A DNA stretch of 64,000 bases from contig OZ024742.1 in NCBI GenBank assembly GCA_964016885.1, positions 15,562,001-15,626,000 on the forward strand, in the 5' to 3' direction. Below the pieces are notes generated by a model, which saw only the letters and a program-made list of their open reading frames with translations, was not told the DNA's origin and made no database searches. A program made the translations under genes and the position numbers. The DNA is from Eledone cirrhosa. Lineage: Eukaryota. Positions 41,282 to 56,200 of the stretch are shown here, one piece after another; the first letter of the stretch is position 1, and each line of letters begins with the position of its first letter.

Positions 41282-44200
41282 CAGAGTAAAGTGTGATTAT
41301 TAAAGAACCTCAGAGTAAAGTGTGATAATTAAAGAAACACAGAGAAATGTGTGATTATTAAAGAACCACAGAGTAAAGTGTGATTAATAAAGAACCACAG
41401 AGAAATGTGTGATTATTAACGAACCACAGAGTAAAGTGTGATTATTAAAGAACCACAGAGAAATGTGTGATTATTAAAGAACCTAAGAGTAAAGTGTGAA
41501 TATTAAAGAGCCTCAGAGTAAAGTGTGATTATTAAAGAACCTCAGAATAAAGTGTGATTATTAAAGAACCACAGAGTAAAGTGTGATTATTAATGAACCT
41601 CAGAGTAAAGTGTGATTATTAAAGAACCATACAGAAATGTGAGATTATTAAAGAACCACAGAGTAAAGTGTGATTATTAAAGAACCTCAGAGTAAAGTGT
41701 GATTATTAAAGAACCTCAGAGGAAAAGTGTGATTATTAAAGAACCTCAGAGTAAAGTGTGATTATTAAAGAACCCCAGAGTAAAGTGTGGTTATTAAGGA
41801 ACCTCAGAGTAAAGTGTGATTATTAAAGAACCACAGAGTAAAGTGTGATTATTAAAGAAGCTCAGAGTAAAGTGTGATTATTAAAGAACCACAGAGTAAA
41901 GTGTGATTATTAAAGAACCACAGAGAAATGTGTGATTATTAAAGAACCACAGAGTAAAGTGTGATTATTAAAGAACCTCAGAGTAAAGTGTGATTATTAA
42001 AGAACCACAGAGTAAAGTGTGATTATTAAAGAACCACAGAGTAAAGTGTGATTATTAAAGAACAACAGAGTAAAGTGTGATTATTAAAGTACCACAGAGT
42101 ACAGTGTAATTATTAAAGAACCTCAGTGTCATGTGTGATTATTAAAGAATCTCAGAGTAAAGTGTGATTATTAAAGAACCACAGAGTAAAGTGTTATTAT
42201 TAAAGAACCACAGAGTAAAGTGTGATTATTAAAGAACCTCAGAGTAAAGCGTGATTATTAAAGAACCACAGAGTAAAGTGTGATTATTAAAGAACCACAG
42301 AGTAAAGTGTGATTATTAAAGAACCACAGAGTAAAGTGTGATTATTAAAGTACCACAGAGTACAGTGTAATTATTAAAGAACCTCAGTGTCATGTGTGAT
42401 TATTAAAGAACCTCAGAGTAAAGTGTGATTATTAAAGAACCAGGGAGTAAAGTGTTATTATTAAAGAACCACAGAGAAATGTGAGATTATTAAAGACCCA
42501 CAGAGTAAAGGGTGATTATTAAAGAACCTCAGAGCAAAGTGTAATTATTAAAGAACCTCAGAGTAAAGTGTGATTATTAAAGAACCTCAGAGTAAAGTGT
42601 GATTATTAAAGAACCACAGAGTAAAGTGTGATTATTAAAGAACCTCAGAGTAAAGTGTTGATCATTAAAGAACCTCAGAGTAAAGTGTGATTATTAAAGA
42701 ACCTCAGAGTAAAGTGTGATTATTAAAGAACCACAGAGAAATGTGTGATTGCTAAAGAACCACAGAGTAAAGTGTGATTATTAAAGAACCTCAGAGTAAA
42801 GTGTGATTATTAAAGAACCTCAGAGTAAAGTGTGATTATTAAAGAACCAGTGTCATGTGCGATTATTAAAGAACCACAGAGTAAAGTGTGATTATTAAAG
42901 AATCTCAGAGTAAAGTGTGATTATTAAAGAACCTCAGAGTAAAGTGTGATTATTAAAGAACCACAGAGTAATGTGAGATTATTAAAGAACCACAGAGTAA
43001 AGTGTGATTATTAAAGAACCTCAGAGCAAAGTGTGATTATTAAAGAACCACTGAGAAATGTGTGATTATTAAAGAACCACAGAGTAAAGTGTGATTATTA
43101 AAGAAACTCAGAGTTAAGTGTGATTATTAAAGAAACTCAGGGTAAAGTGTGATTATTAAAGTACCACAGAGTACAGTGTAATTATTAAAGAACCTCAGTG
43201 TCATGTGTGATTATTAAAGAACCTCAGAGTAAAGTGTGATTATTAAAGAACCACAGAGTAAAGTGTGATTATTAAAGAACCTCAGAGTAAAGTGTGATCA
43301 TTAAAGAACCTCAGAGTAAAGTGTGATTATTAAAGAACCACAGAGAAATGTGTGATTATTAAAGAACCACAGAGTAAAGTGTGATTAATAAAGAACCTCA
43401 GATTAAAGTGTGATTATTAAAGAACCTCAGAGTAAAGTGTGATTATTAAAGAACCTCAGAGTAAAGTGTTGATTATTAAAGAAACTCAGAGTAAAGTGTG
43501 ATTATTAAAGAACCACAGAGTAAAGTGTGATTATTAAAGAACCTCAGAGTAAAGTGTTGATTATTAAAGAACCTCAGAGTAAAGTGTGATTATTAAAGAA
43601 CCTCAGAGTAAAGTGTGATTATTAAAGAACCACAGAGTAAAGTGTGATTATTAAAGAACCTCAGAGTAAAGTGTGATTATTAAAGAACCACAGAGAAATG
43701 TGTGATTAGTAAAGAACCACAGAGTAAAGTGTGATTATTAAAGAACCTCAGAGTAAAGTGTGATTATTAAAGAGCCAGTGTCATGTGTGATTATTAAAGA
43801 ACCACAGAGTAAAGTGTGATTATTAAAGAACCTCAGAGTAAAGTGTGATTATTAAAGAACCCCAGAGTAATGTGTGATTATTAAAGAAACTCAGGGTAAA
43901 ATGTGATTATTAAAGTACCACAGAGTACAGTGTAATTATTAAAGAACCTCAGTGTAGTGTGTGATTATTAATGAACCTCAGAGTAAAGTGTGATTATTAA
44001 AGAACCATACAGAAATGTGAGATTATTAAAGAACCACAGAGTAAAGTGTGATTATTAAAGAACCTCAGAGTAAAGTGTGATTATTAAAGAACCTCAGAGG
44101 AAAAGTGTGATTATTAAAGAACCTCAGAGTAAAGTGTGATTATTAAAGAACCCCAGAGTAAAGTGTGGTTATTAAGGAACATCAGAGTAAAGTGTGATTA

Positions 44201-47200
44201 TTAAAGAACCACAGAGTAAAGTGTGATTATTAAAGAACATCAGAGTAAAGTGTGATTATTAAAGAACCACAGAGTAAAGTGTGATTCTTAAAGAACCACA
44301 GAGAAATGTGTGATTATTAAAGAACCACAGAGTAAAGTGTGATTATTAAAGAACCTCAGAGTAAAGTGTGATTATTAAAGAACCACAGAGTAAAGTGTGA
44401 TTATTAAAGAACCACAGAGTAAAGTGTGATTATTAAAGAACAACAGAGTAAAGTGTGATTATTAAAGTACCACAGAGTACAGTGTAATTATTAAAGAACC
44501 TCAGTGTCATGTGTGATTATTAAAGAATCTCAGAGTAAAGTGTGATTATTAAAGAACCACAGAGTAAAGTGTTATTATTAAAGAACCACAGAGTAAAGTG
44601 TGATTATTAAAGAACCTCAGAGTAAAGCGTGATTATTAAAGAACCACAGAGTAAAGTGTGATTATTAAAGAACCACAGAGTAAAGTGTGATTATTAAAGA
44701 ACCACAGAGTAAAGTGTGATTATTAAAGTACCACAGAGTACAGTGTAATTATTAAAGAACCTCAGTGTCATGTGTGATTATTAAAGAACCTCAGAGTAAA
44801 GTGTGATTATTAAAGAACCAGGGAGAAAAGTGTTATTATTAAAGAACCACAGAGAAATGTGAGATTATTAAAGACCCACAGAGTAAAGGGTGATTATTAA
44901 AGAACCTCAGAGCAAAGTGTAATTATTAAAGAACCTCAGAGTAAAGTGAGATTATTAAAGACCCACAGAGTAAAGGGTGATTATTAAAGAACCTCAGAGC
45001 AAAGTGTAATTATTAAAGAACCTCAGAGTAAAGTGTGATTATTAAAGAACCTCAGAGTAAAGTGTGATTATTAAAGAACCACAGAGTAAAGTGTGATTAT
45101 TAAAGAACCTCAGAGTAAAGTGTTGATCATTAAAGAACCTCAGAGTAAAGTGTGATTATTAAAGAACCTCAGAGTAAAGTGTGATTATTAAAGAACCACA
45201 GAGAAATGTGTGATTGCTAAAGAACCACAGAGTAAAGTGTGATTATTAAAGAACCTCAGAGTAAAGTGTGATTATTAAAGAACCTCAGAGTAAAGTGTGA
45301 TTATTAAAGAACCAGTGTCATGTGCGATTATTAAAGAACCACAGAGTAAAGTGTGATTATTAAAGAATCTCAGAGTAAAGTGTGATTATTAAAGAACCTC
45401 AGAGTAAAGTGTGATTATTAAAGAACCACAGAGTAATGTGAGATTATTAAAGAACCACAGAGTAAAGTGTGATTATTAAAGAACCTCAGAGCAAAGTGTG
45501 ATTATTAAAGAACCACTGAGAAATGTGTGATTATTAAAGAACCACAGAGTAAAGTGTGATTATTAAAGAAACTCAGAGTTAAGTGTGATTATTAAAGAAA
45601 CTCAGGGTAAAGTGTGATTATTAAAGTACCACAGAGTACAGTGTAATTATTAAAGAACCTCAGTGTCATGTGTGATTATTAAAGAACCTCAGAGTAAAGT
45701 GTGATTATTAAAGAACCACAGAGTAAAGTGTGATTATTAAAGAACCTCAGAGTAAAGTGTGATCATTAAAGAACCTCAGAGTAAAGTGTGATTATTAAAG
45801 AACCACAGAGAAATGTGTGATTATTAAAGAACCACAGAGTAAAGTGTGATTAATAAAGAACCTCAGATTAAAGTGTGATTATTAAAGAACCTCAGAGTAA
45901 AGTGTGATTATTAAAGAACCTCAGAGTAAAGTGTTGATTATTAAAGAAACTCAGAGTAAAGTGTGATTATTAAAGAACCACAGAGTAAAGTGTGATTATT
46001 AAAGAACCTCAGAGTAAAGTGTTGATTATTAAAGAACCTCAGAGTAAAGTGTGATTATTAAAGAACCTCAGAGTAAAGTGTGATTATTAAAGAACCACAG
46101 AGTAAAGTGTGATTATTAAAGAACCTCAGAGTAAAGTGTGATTATTAAAGAACCACAGAGAAATGTGTGATTAGTAAAGAACCACAGAGTAAAGTGTGAT
46201 TATTAAAGAACCTCAGAGTAAAGTGTGATTATTAAAGAGCCAGTGTCATGTGTGATTATTAAAGAACCACAGAGTAAAGTGTGATTATTAAAGAACCTCA
46301 GAGTAAAGTGTGATTATTAAAGAACCCCAGAGTAATGTGTGATTATTAAAGAAACTCAGGGTAAAATGTGATTATTAAAGTACCACAGAGTACAGTGTAA
46401 TTATTAAAGAACCTCAGTGTCATGTGTGATTATTAATGAACCTCAGAGTAAAGTGTGATTATTAAAGAACCATACAGAAATGTGAGATTATTAAAGAACC
46501 ACAGAGTAAAGTGTGATTATTAAAGAACCTCAGAGTAAAGTGTGATTATTAAAGAACCTCAGAGGAAAAGTGTGATTATTAAAGAACCTCAGAGTAAAGT
46601 GTGATTATTAAAGAACCCCAGAGTAAAGTGTGGTTATTAAGGAACCTCAGAGTAAAGTGTGATTATTAAAGAACCACAGAGTAAAGTGTGATTATTAAAG
46701 AACCTCAGAGTAAAGTGTGATTATTAAAGAACCACAGAGTAAAGTGTGATTCTTAAAGAACCACAGAGAAATGTGTGATTATTAAAGAACCACAGAGTAA
46801 AGTGTGATTATTAAAGAACCTCAGAGTAAAGTGTGATTATTTAAGAACCACAGAGTAAAGTGTGATTATTAAAGAACCACAGAGTAAAGTGTGATTATTA
46901 AAGAACAACAGAGTAAAGTGTGATTATTAAAGTACCACAGAGTACAGTGTAATTATTAAAGAACCTCAGTGTCATGTGTGATTATTAAAGAATCTCAGAG
47001 TAAAGTGTGATTATTAAAGAACCACAGAGTAAAGTGTTATTATTAAAGAACCACAGAGTAAAGTGTGATTATTAAAGAACCTCAGAGTAAAGCGTGATTA
47101 TTAAAGAACCACAGAGTAAAGTGTGATTATTAAAGAACCACAGAGTAAAGTGTGATTATTAAAGAACCACAGAGTAAAGTGTGATTATTAAAGTACCACA

Positions 47201-50200
47201 GAGTACAGTGTAATTATTAAAGAACCTCAGTGTCATGTGTGATTATTAAAGAACCTCAGAGTAAAGTGTGATTATTAAAGAACCAGGGAGTAAAGTGTTA
47301 TTATTAAAGAACCACAGAGAAATGTGAGATTATTAAAGACCCACAGAGTAAAGGGTGATTATTAAAGAACCTCAGAGCAAAGTGTAATTATTAAAGAACC
47401 TCAGAGTAAAGTGTGATTATTAAAGAACCTCAGAGTAAAGTGTGATTATTAAAGAACCACAGAGTAAAGTGTGATTATTAAAGAACCTCAGAGTAAAGTG
47501 TTGATCATTAAAGAACCTCAGAGTAAAGTGTGATTATTAAAGAACCTCAGAGTAAAGTGTGATTATTAAAGAACCACAGAGAAATGTGTGATTGCTAAAG
47601 AACCACAGAGTAAAGTGTGATTATTAAAGAACCTCAGAGTAAAGTGTGATTATTAAAGAACCTCAGAGTAAAGTGTGATTATTAAAGAACCAGTGTCATG
47701 TGCGATTATTAAAGAACCACAGAGTAAAGTGTGATTATTAAAGAATCTCAGAGTAAAGTGTGATTATTAAAGAACCTCAGAGTAAAGTGTGATTATTAAA
47801 GAACCACAGAGTAATGTGAGATTATTAAAGAACCACAGAGTAAAGTGTGATTATTAAAGAACCTCAGAGCAAAGTGTGATTATTAAAGAACCACTGAGAA
47901 ATGTGTGATTATTAAAGAACCACAGAGTAAAGTGTGATTATTAAAGAAACTCAGAGTTAAGTGTGATTATTAAAGAAACTCAGGGTAAAGTGTGATTATT
48001 AAAGTACCACAGAGTACAGTGTAATTATTAAAGAACCTCAGTGTCATGTGTGATTATTAAAGAACCTCAGAGTAAAGTGTGATTATTAAAGAACCACAGA
48101 GTAAAGTGTGATTATTAAAGAACCTCAGAGTAAAGTGTGATCATTAAAGAACCTCAGAGTAAAGTGTGATTATTAAAGAACCACAGAGAAATGTGTGATT
48201 ATTAAAGAACCACAGAGTAAAGTGTGATTAATAAAGAACCTCAGATTAAAGTGTGATTATTAAAGAACCTCAGAGTAAAGTGTGATTATTAAAGAACCTC
48301 AGAGTAAAGTGTTGATTATTAAAGAAACTCAGAGTAAAGTGTGATTATTAAAGAACCACAGAGTAAAGTGTGATTATTAAAGAACCTCAGAGTAAAGTGT
48401 TGATTATTAAAGAACCTCAGAGTAAAGTGTGATTATTAAAGAACCTCAGAGTAAAGTGTGATTATTAAAGAACCACAGAGTAAAGTGTGATTATTAAAGA
48501 ACCTCAGAGTAAAGTGTGATTATTAAAGAACCACAGAGAAATGTGTGATTAGTAAAGAACCACAGAGTAAAGTGTGATTATTAAAGAACCTCAGAGTAAA
48601 GTGTGATTATTAAAGAGCCAGTGTCATGTGTGATTATTAAAGAACCACAGAGTAAAGTGTGATTATTAAAGAACCTCAGAGTAAAGTGTGATTATTAAAG
48701 AACCCCAGAGTAATGTGTGATTATTAAAGAAACTCAGGGTAAAATGTGATTATTAAAGTACCACAGAGTACAGTGTAATTATTAAAGAACCTCAGTGTCA
48801 TGTGTGATTATTAATGAACCTCAGAGTAAAGTGTGATTATTAAAGAACCATACAGAAATGTGAGATTATTAAAGAACCACAGAGTAAAGTGTGATTATTA
48901 AAGAACCTCAGAGTAAAGTGTGATTATTAAAGAACCTCAGAGGAAAAGTGTGATTATTAAAGATCCTCAGAGTAAAGTGTGATTATTAAAGAACCCCAGA
49001 GTAAAGTGTGGTTATTAAGGAACCTCAGAGTAAAGTGTGATTATTAAAGAACCACAGAGTAAAGTGTGATTATTAAAGAACCTCAGAGTAAAGTGTGATT
49101 ATTAAAGAACCACAGAGTAAAGTGTGATTCTTAAAGAACCACAGAGAAATGTGTGATTATTAAAGAACCACAGAGTAAAGTGTGATTATTAAAGAACCTC
49201 AGAGTAAAGTGTGATTATTAAAGAACCACAGAGTAAAGTGTGATTATTAAAGAACCACAGAGTAAAGTGTGATTATTAAAGAACAACAGAGTAAAGTGTG
49301 ATTATTAAAGTACCACAGAGTACAGTGTAATTATTAAAGAACCTCAGTGTCATGTGTGATTATTAAAGAATCTCAGAGTAAAGTGTGATTATTAAAGAAC
49401 CACAGAGTAAAGTGTTATTATTAAAGAACCACAGAGTAAAGTGTGATTATTAAAGAACCTCAGAGTAAAGCGTGATTATTAAAGAACCACAGAGTAAAGT
49501 GTGATTATTAAAGAACCACAGAGTAAAGTGTGATTATTAAAGAACCACAGAGTAAAGTGTGATTATTAAAGTACCACAGAGTACAGTGTAATTATTAAAG
49601 AACCTCAGTGTCATGTGTGATTATTAAAGAACCTCAGAGTAAAGTGTGATTATTAAAGAACCAGGGAGTAAAGTGTTATTATTAAAGAACCACAGAGAAA
49701 TGTGAGATTATTAAAGACCCACAGAGTAAAGGGTGATTATTAAAGAACCTCAGAGCAAAGTGTAATTATTAAAGAACCTCAGAGTAAAGTGTGATTATTA
49801 AAGAACCTCAGAGTAAAGTGTGATTATTAAAGAACCACAGAGTAAAGTGTGATTATTAAAGAACCTCAGAGTAAAGTGTTGATCATTAAAGAACCTCAGA
49901 GTAAAGTGTGATTATTAAAGAACCTCAGAGTAAAGTGTGATTATTAAAGAACCACAGAGAAATGTGTGATTGCTAAAGAACCACAGAGTAAAGTGTGATT
50001 ATTAAAGAACCTCAGAGTAAAGTGTGATTATTAAAGAACCTCAGAGTAAAGTGTGATTATTAAAGAACCAGTGTCATGTGCGATTATTAAAGAACCACAG
50101 AGTAAAGTGTGATTATTAAAGAATCTCAGAGTAAAGTGTGATTATTAAAGAACCTCAGAGTAAAGTGTTGATTATTAAAGAAACTCAGAGTAAAGTGTGA

Positions 50201-53200
50201 TTATTAAAGAACCACAGAGTAAAGTGTGATTATTAAAGAACCTCAGAGTAAAGTGTTGATTATTAAATAACCTCAGAGTAAAGTGTGATTATTAAAGAAC
50301 CTCAGAGTAAAGTGTGATTATTAAAGAACCACAGAGTAAAGTGTGATTATTAAAGAACCTCAGAGTAAAGTGTGATTATTAAAGAACCACAGAGAAATGT
50401 GTGATTAGTAAAGAACCACAGAGTAAAGTGTGATTATTAAAGAACCTCAGAGTAAAGTGTGATTATTAAAGAGCCAGTGTCATGTGTGATTATTAAAGAA
50501 CCACAGAGTAAAGTGTGATTATTAAAGAACCTCAGAGTAAAGTGTGATTATTAAAGAACCCCAGAGTAATGTGTGATTATTAAAGAAACTCAGGGTAAAA
50601 TGTGATTATTAAAGTACCACAGAGTACAGTGTAATTATTAAAGAACCTCAGTGTCATGTGTGATTATTAATGAACCTCAGAGTAAAGTGTGATTATTAAA
50701 GAACCATACAGAAATGTGAGATTATTAAAGAACCACAGAGTAAAGTGTGATTATTAAAGAACCTCAGAGTAAAGTGTGATTATTAAAGAACCTCAGAGGA
50801 AAAGTGTGATTATTAAAGAACCTCAGAGTAAAGTGTGATTATTAAAGAACCCCAGAGTAAAGTGTGGTTATTAAGGAACCTCAGAGTAAAGTGTGATTAT
50901 TAAAGAACCACAGAGTAAAGTGTGATTATTAAAGAACCTCAGAGTAAAGTGTGATTATTAAAGAACCACAGAGTAAAGTGTGATTCTTAAAGAACCACAG
51001 AGAAATGTGTGATTATTAAAGAACCACAGAGTAAAGTGTGATTATTAAAGAACCTCAGAGTAAAGTGTGATTATTTAAGAACCACAGAGTAAAGTGTGAT
51101 TATTAAAGAACCACAGAGTAAAGTGTGATTATTAAAGAACAACAGAGTAAAGTGTGATTATTAAAGTACCACAGAGTACAGTGTAATTATTAAAGAACCT
51201 CAGTGTCATGTGTGATTATTAAAGAATCTCAGAGTAAAGTGTGATTATTAAAGAACCACAGAGTAAAGTGTTATTATTAAAGAACCACAGAGTAAAGTGT
51301 GATTATTAAAGAACCTCAGAGTAAAGCGTGATTATTAAAGAACCACAGAGTAAAGTGTGATTATTAAAGAACCACAGAGTAAAGTGTGATTATTAAAGAA
51401 CCACAGAGTAAAGTGTGATTATTAAAGTACCACAGAGTACAGTGTAATTATTAAAGAACCTCAGTGTCATGTGTGATTATTAAAGAACCTCAGAGTAAAG
51501 TGTGATTATTAAAGAACCAGGGAGTAAAGTGTTATTATTAAAGAACCACAGAGAAATGTGAGATTATTAAAGACCCACAGAGTAAAGGGTGATTATTAAA
51601 GAACCTCAGAGCAAAGTGTAATTATTAAAGAACCTCAGAGTAAAGTGTGATTATTAAAGAACCTCAGAGTAAAGTGTGATTATTAAAGAACCACAGAGTA
51701 AAGTGTGATTATTAAAGAACCTCAGAGTAAAGTGTGATCATTAAAGAACCTCAGAGTAAAGTGTGATTATTAAAGAACCACAGAGAAATGTGTGATTATT
51801 AAAGAACCACAGAGTAAAGTGTGATTAATAAAGAACCTCAGATTAAAGTGTGATTATTAAAGAACCTCAGAGTAAAGTGTGATTATTAAAGAACCTCAGA
51901 GTAAAGTGTTGATTATTAAAGAAACTCAGAGTAAAGTGTGATTATTAAAGAACCACAGAGTAAAGTGTGATTATTAAAGAACCTCAGAGTAAAGTGTTGA
52001 TTATTAAAGAACCTCAGAGTAAAGTGTGATTATTAAAGAACCTCAGAGTAAAGTGTGATTATTAAAGAACCACAGAGTAAAGTGTGATTATTAAAGAACC
52101 TCAGAGTAAAGTGTGATTATTAAAGAACCACAGAGAAATGTGTGATTAGTAAAGAACCACAGAGTAAAGTGTGATTATTAAAGAACCTCAGAGTAAAGTG
52201 TGATTATTAAAGAGCCAGTGTCATGTGTGATTATTAAAGAACCACAGAGTAAAGTGTGATTATTAAAGAACCTCAGAGTAAAGTGTGATTATTAAAGAAC
52301 CCCAGAGTAATGTGTGATTATTAAAGAAACTCAGGGTAAAATGTGATTATTAAAGTACCACAGAGTACAGTGTAATTATTAAAGAACCTCAGTGTCATGT
52401 GTGATTATTAATGAACCTCAGAGTAAAGTGTGATTATTAAAGAACCATACAGAAATGTGAGATTATTAAAGAACCACAGAGTAAAGTGTGATTATTAAAG
52501 AACCTCAGAGTAAAGTGTGATTATTAAAGAACCTCAGAGGAAAAGTGTGATTATTAAAGATCCTCAGAGTAAAGTGTGATTATTAAAGAACCCCAGAGTA
52601 AAGTGTGGTTATTAAGGAACCTCAGAGTAAAGTGTGATTATTAAAGAACCACAGAGTAAAGTGTGATTATTAAAGAACCTCAGAGTAAAGTGTGATTATT
52701 AAAGAACCACAGAGTAAAGTGTGATTCTTAAAGAACCACAGAGAAATGTGTGATTATTAAAGAACCACAGAGTAAAGTGTGATTATTAAAGAACCTCAGA
52801 GTAAAGTGTGATTATTAAAGAACCACAGAGTAAAGTGTGATTATTAAAGAACCACAGAGTAAAGTGTGATTATTAAAGAACAACAGAGTAAAGTGTGATT
52901 ATTAAAGTACCACAGAGTACAGTGTAATTATTAAAGAACCTCAGTGTCATGTGTGATTATTAAAGAATCTCAGAGTAAAGTGTGATTATTAAAGAACCAC
53001 AGAGTAAAGTGTTATTATTAAAGAACCACAGAGTAAAGTGTGATTATTAAAGAACCTCAGAGTAAAGCGTGATTATTAAAGAACCACAGAGTAAAGTGTG
53101 ATTATTAAAGAACCACAGAGTAAAGTGTGATTATTAAAGAACCACAGAGTAAAGTGTGATTATTAAAGTACCACAGAGTACAGTGTAATTATTAAAGAAC

Positions 53201-56200
53201 CTCAGTGTCATGTGTGATTATTAAAGAACCTCAGAGTAAAGTGTGATTATTAAAGAACCAGGGAGTAAAGTGTTATTATTAAAGAACCACAGAGAAATGT
53301 GAGATTATTAAAGACCCACAGAGTAAAGGGTGATTATTAAAGAACCTCAGAGCAAAGTGTAATTATTAAAGAACCTCAGAGTAAAGTGTGATTATTAAAG
53401 AACCTCAGAGTAAAGTGTGATTATTAAAGAACCACAGAGTAAAGTGTGATTATTAAAGAACCTCAGAGTAAAGTGTTGATCATTAAAGAACCTCAGAGTA
53501 AAGTGTGATTATTAAAGAACCTCAGAGTAAAGTGTGATTATTAAAGAACCACAGAGAAATGTGTGATTGCTAAAGAACCACAGAGTAAAGTGTGATTATT
53601 AAAGAACCTCAGAGTAAAGTGTGATTATTAAAGAACCTCAGAGTAAAGTGTGATTATTAAAGAACCAGTGTCATGTGCGATTATTAAAGAACCACAGAGT
53701 AAAGTGTGATTATTAAAGAATCTCAGAGTAAAGTGTGATTATTAAAGAACCTCAGAGTAAAGTGTGATTATTAAAGAACCACAGAGTAATGTGAGATTAT
53801 TAAAGAACCACAGAGTAAAGTGTGATTATTAAAGAACCTCAGAGCAAAGTGTGATTATTAAAGAACCACTGAGAAATGTGTGATTATTAAAGAACCACAG
53901 AGTAAAGTGTGATTATTAAAGAAACTCAGAGTTAAGTGTGATTATTAAAGAAACTCAGGGTAAAGTGTGATTATTAAAGTACCACAGAGTACAGTGTAAT
54001 TATTAAAGAACCTCAGTGTCATGTGTGATTATTAAAGAACCTCAGAGTAAAGTGTGATTATTAAAGAACCACAGAGTAAAGTGTGATTATTAAAGAACCT
54101 CAGAGTAAAGTGTGATCATTAAAGAACCTCAGAGTAAAGTGTGATTATTAAAGAAACTCAGAGTAAAGTGTGATTATTAAAGAACCACAGAGAAATGTGT
54201 GATTATTAAAGAACCACAGAGTAAAGTGCGTTTATTAAAGAACCACAGTGTAAAGTGTGATTATTAAAGAACCTCAGAGTAAAGTGTGATTATTAAAGAA
54301 CCCCAGAGTAATGTGTAATTATTAAAGAAACTCAGGGTAAAGTGTGATTATTAAAGTACCACAGAGTACAGTGTAATTATTAAAGAACCTCAGTGTCATG
54401 TGTGATTATTAAAGAACCTCAGAGTAAAGTGTGATTATTAAAGAACCACAGAGTAAAGTGTTATTATTAAAGAACCACAGAGAAATGTGAGATTATTAAA
54501 GAACCACAGAGTAAAGTGTGATTATTAAAGAACCTCAGAGCAAAGTGTGATTATTAAAGAACCTCAGAGTAAAGTGTGATTATTAAAGAACCTCAGAGTA
54601 AAGTGTGATTATTAAAGAACCTCAGAGCAAAGTGTGATTATTAAAGAACCTCAGAGTAAAGTGAGATTATTAAAGAACCACAGAGTAAAGTGTGATTATT
54701 AAAGAACCTCAGAGTAAAGTGTGATTAGTAAAGAACCTCAGAGTAAAGTGTGATTATTAAAGAACCACTGAGAAATGTGTGATTATTAAAGAACCACAGA
54801 GTAAAGTGTGATTATTAAAGAACCACAGAGTAAAGTGTGATTATTAAAGAACCTCAGAGTAAAGTGTGATCATTAAAGAACCTCAGAGTAAAGTGTGATT
54901 ATTAAAGAACCTCAGAGTAAAGTGTGATTATTAAAGAACCACAGAGTAAAGTGTGATTATTAAAGAACCTCAGAGTAAAGTGTGATAATTAAAGAACCAC
55001 AGAGAATTGTGTGATTATTAATGAACCACAGAGTAAAGTGTGATTAATAAAGAACCACAGAGAAATGTGTGATTATTAACGAACCACAGAGTAAAGTGTG
55101 ATTATTAAAGAACCACAGAGAAATGTGTGATTATTAAAGAACCTCAGAGTAAAGTGTGAATATTAAAGAACCTCAGAGTAAAGTGTGATTATTAAAGAAC
55201 CTCAGAATAAAGTGTGATTATTAAAGAACCACAGAGTAAAGTGTGATTATTAATGAACCTCAGAGTAAAGTGTGATTATTAAAGAACCATACAGAAATGT
55301 GAGATTATTAAAGAACCACAGAGTAAAGTGTGATTATTAAAGAACCTCAGAGTAAAGTGTGATTATTAAAGAACCTCAGAGGAAAAGTGTGATTATTAAA
55401 GAACCTCAGAGTAAAGTGTGATTATTAAAGAACCCCAGAGTAAAGTGTGGTTATTAAGGAACCTCAGAGTAAAGTGTGATTATTAAAGAACCACAGAGTA
55501 AAGTGTGATTATTAAAGAACCTCAGAGTAAAGTGTGATTATTAAAGAACCACAGAGTAAAGTGTGATTATTAAAGAACCACAGAGAAATGTGTGATTATT
55601 AAAGAACCACAGAGTAAAGTGTGATTATTAAAGAACCTCAGAGTAAAGTCTGATTATTAAAGAACCACAGAGTAAAGTGTGATTATTAAAGAACCACAGA
55701 GTAAAGTGTGATTATTAAAGAACAACAGAGTAAAGTGTGATTATTAAAGTACCACAGAGTACAGTGTAATTATTAAAGAACCTCAGTGTCATGTGTGATT
55801 ATTAAAGAATCTCAGAGTAAAGTGTGATTATTAAAGAACCACAGAGTAAAGTGTTATTATTAAAGAACCACAGAGTAAAGTGTGATTATTAAAGAACCTC
55901 AGAGTAAAGCGTGATTATTAAAGAACCACAGAGTAAAGTGTGATTATTAAAGAACCACAGAGTAAAGTGTGATTATTAAAGAACCACAGAGTAAAGTGTG
56001 ATTATTAAAGTACCACAGAGTACAGTGTAATTATTAAAGAACCTCAGTGTCATGTGTGATTATTAAAGAACCTCAGAGTAAAGTGTGATTATTAAAGAAC
56101 CAGGGAGTAAAGTGTTATTATTAAAGAACCACAGAGAAATGTGAGATTATTAAAGACCCACAGAGTAAAGGGTGATTATTAAAGAACCTCAGAGCAAAGT

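Larger units (their letters stand above)
20690..41320 (+). repeat. About 20.6-kb super-unit, copy 1
   Basis: Rare markers recur at fixed offsets. TAAGAG 20891/41484, GAAGCT 21264/41857 and GGAACATC 23583/44176 give 20,593. GATCCT 28340/48962 gives 20,622. TCTGATT 34881/55649, AAACAGTG 38501/59269 and TGCTTATT 40131/60899 give 20,768. Confidence 0.93.
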
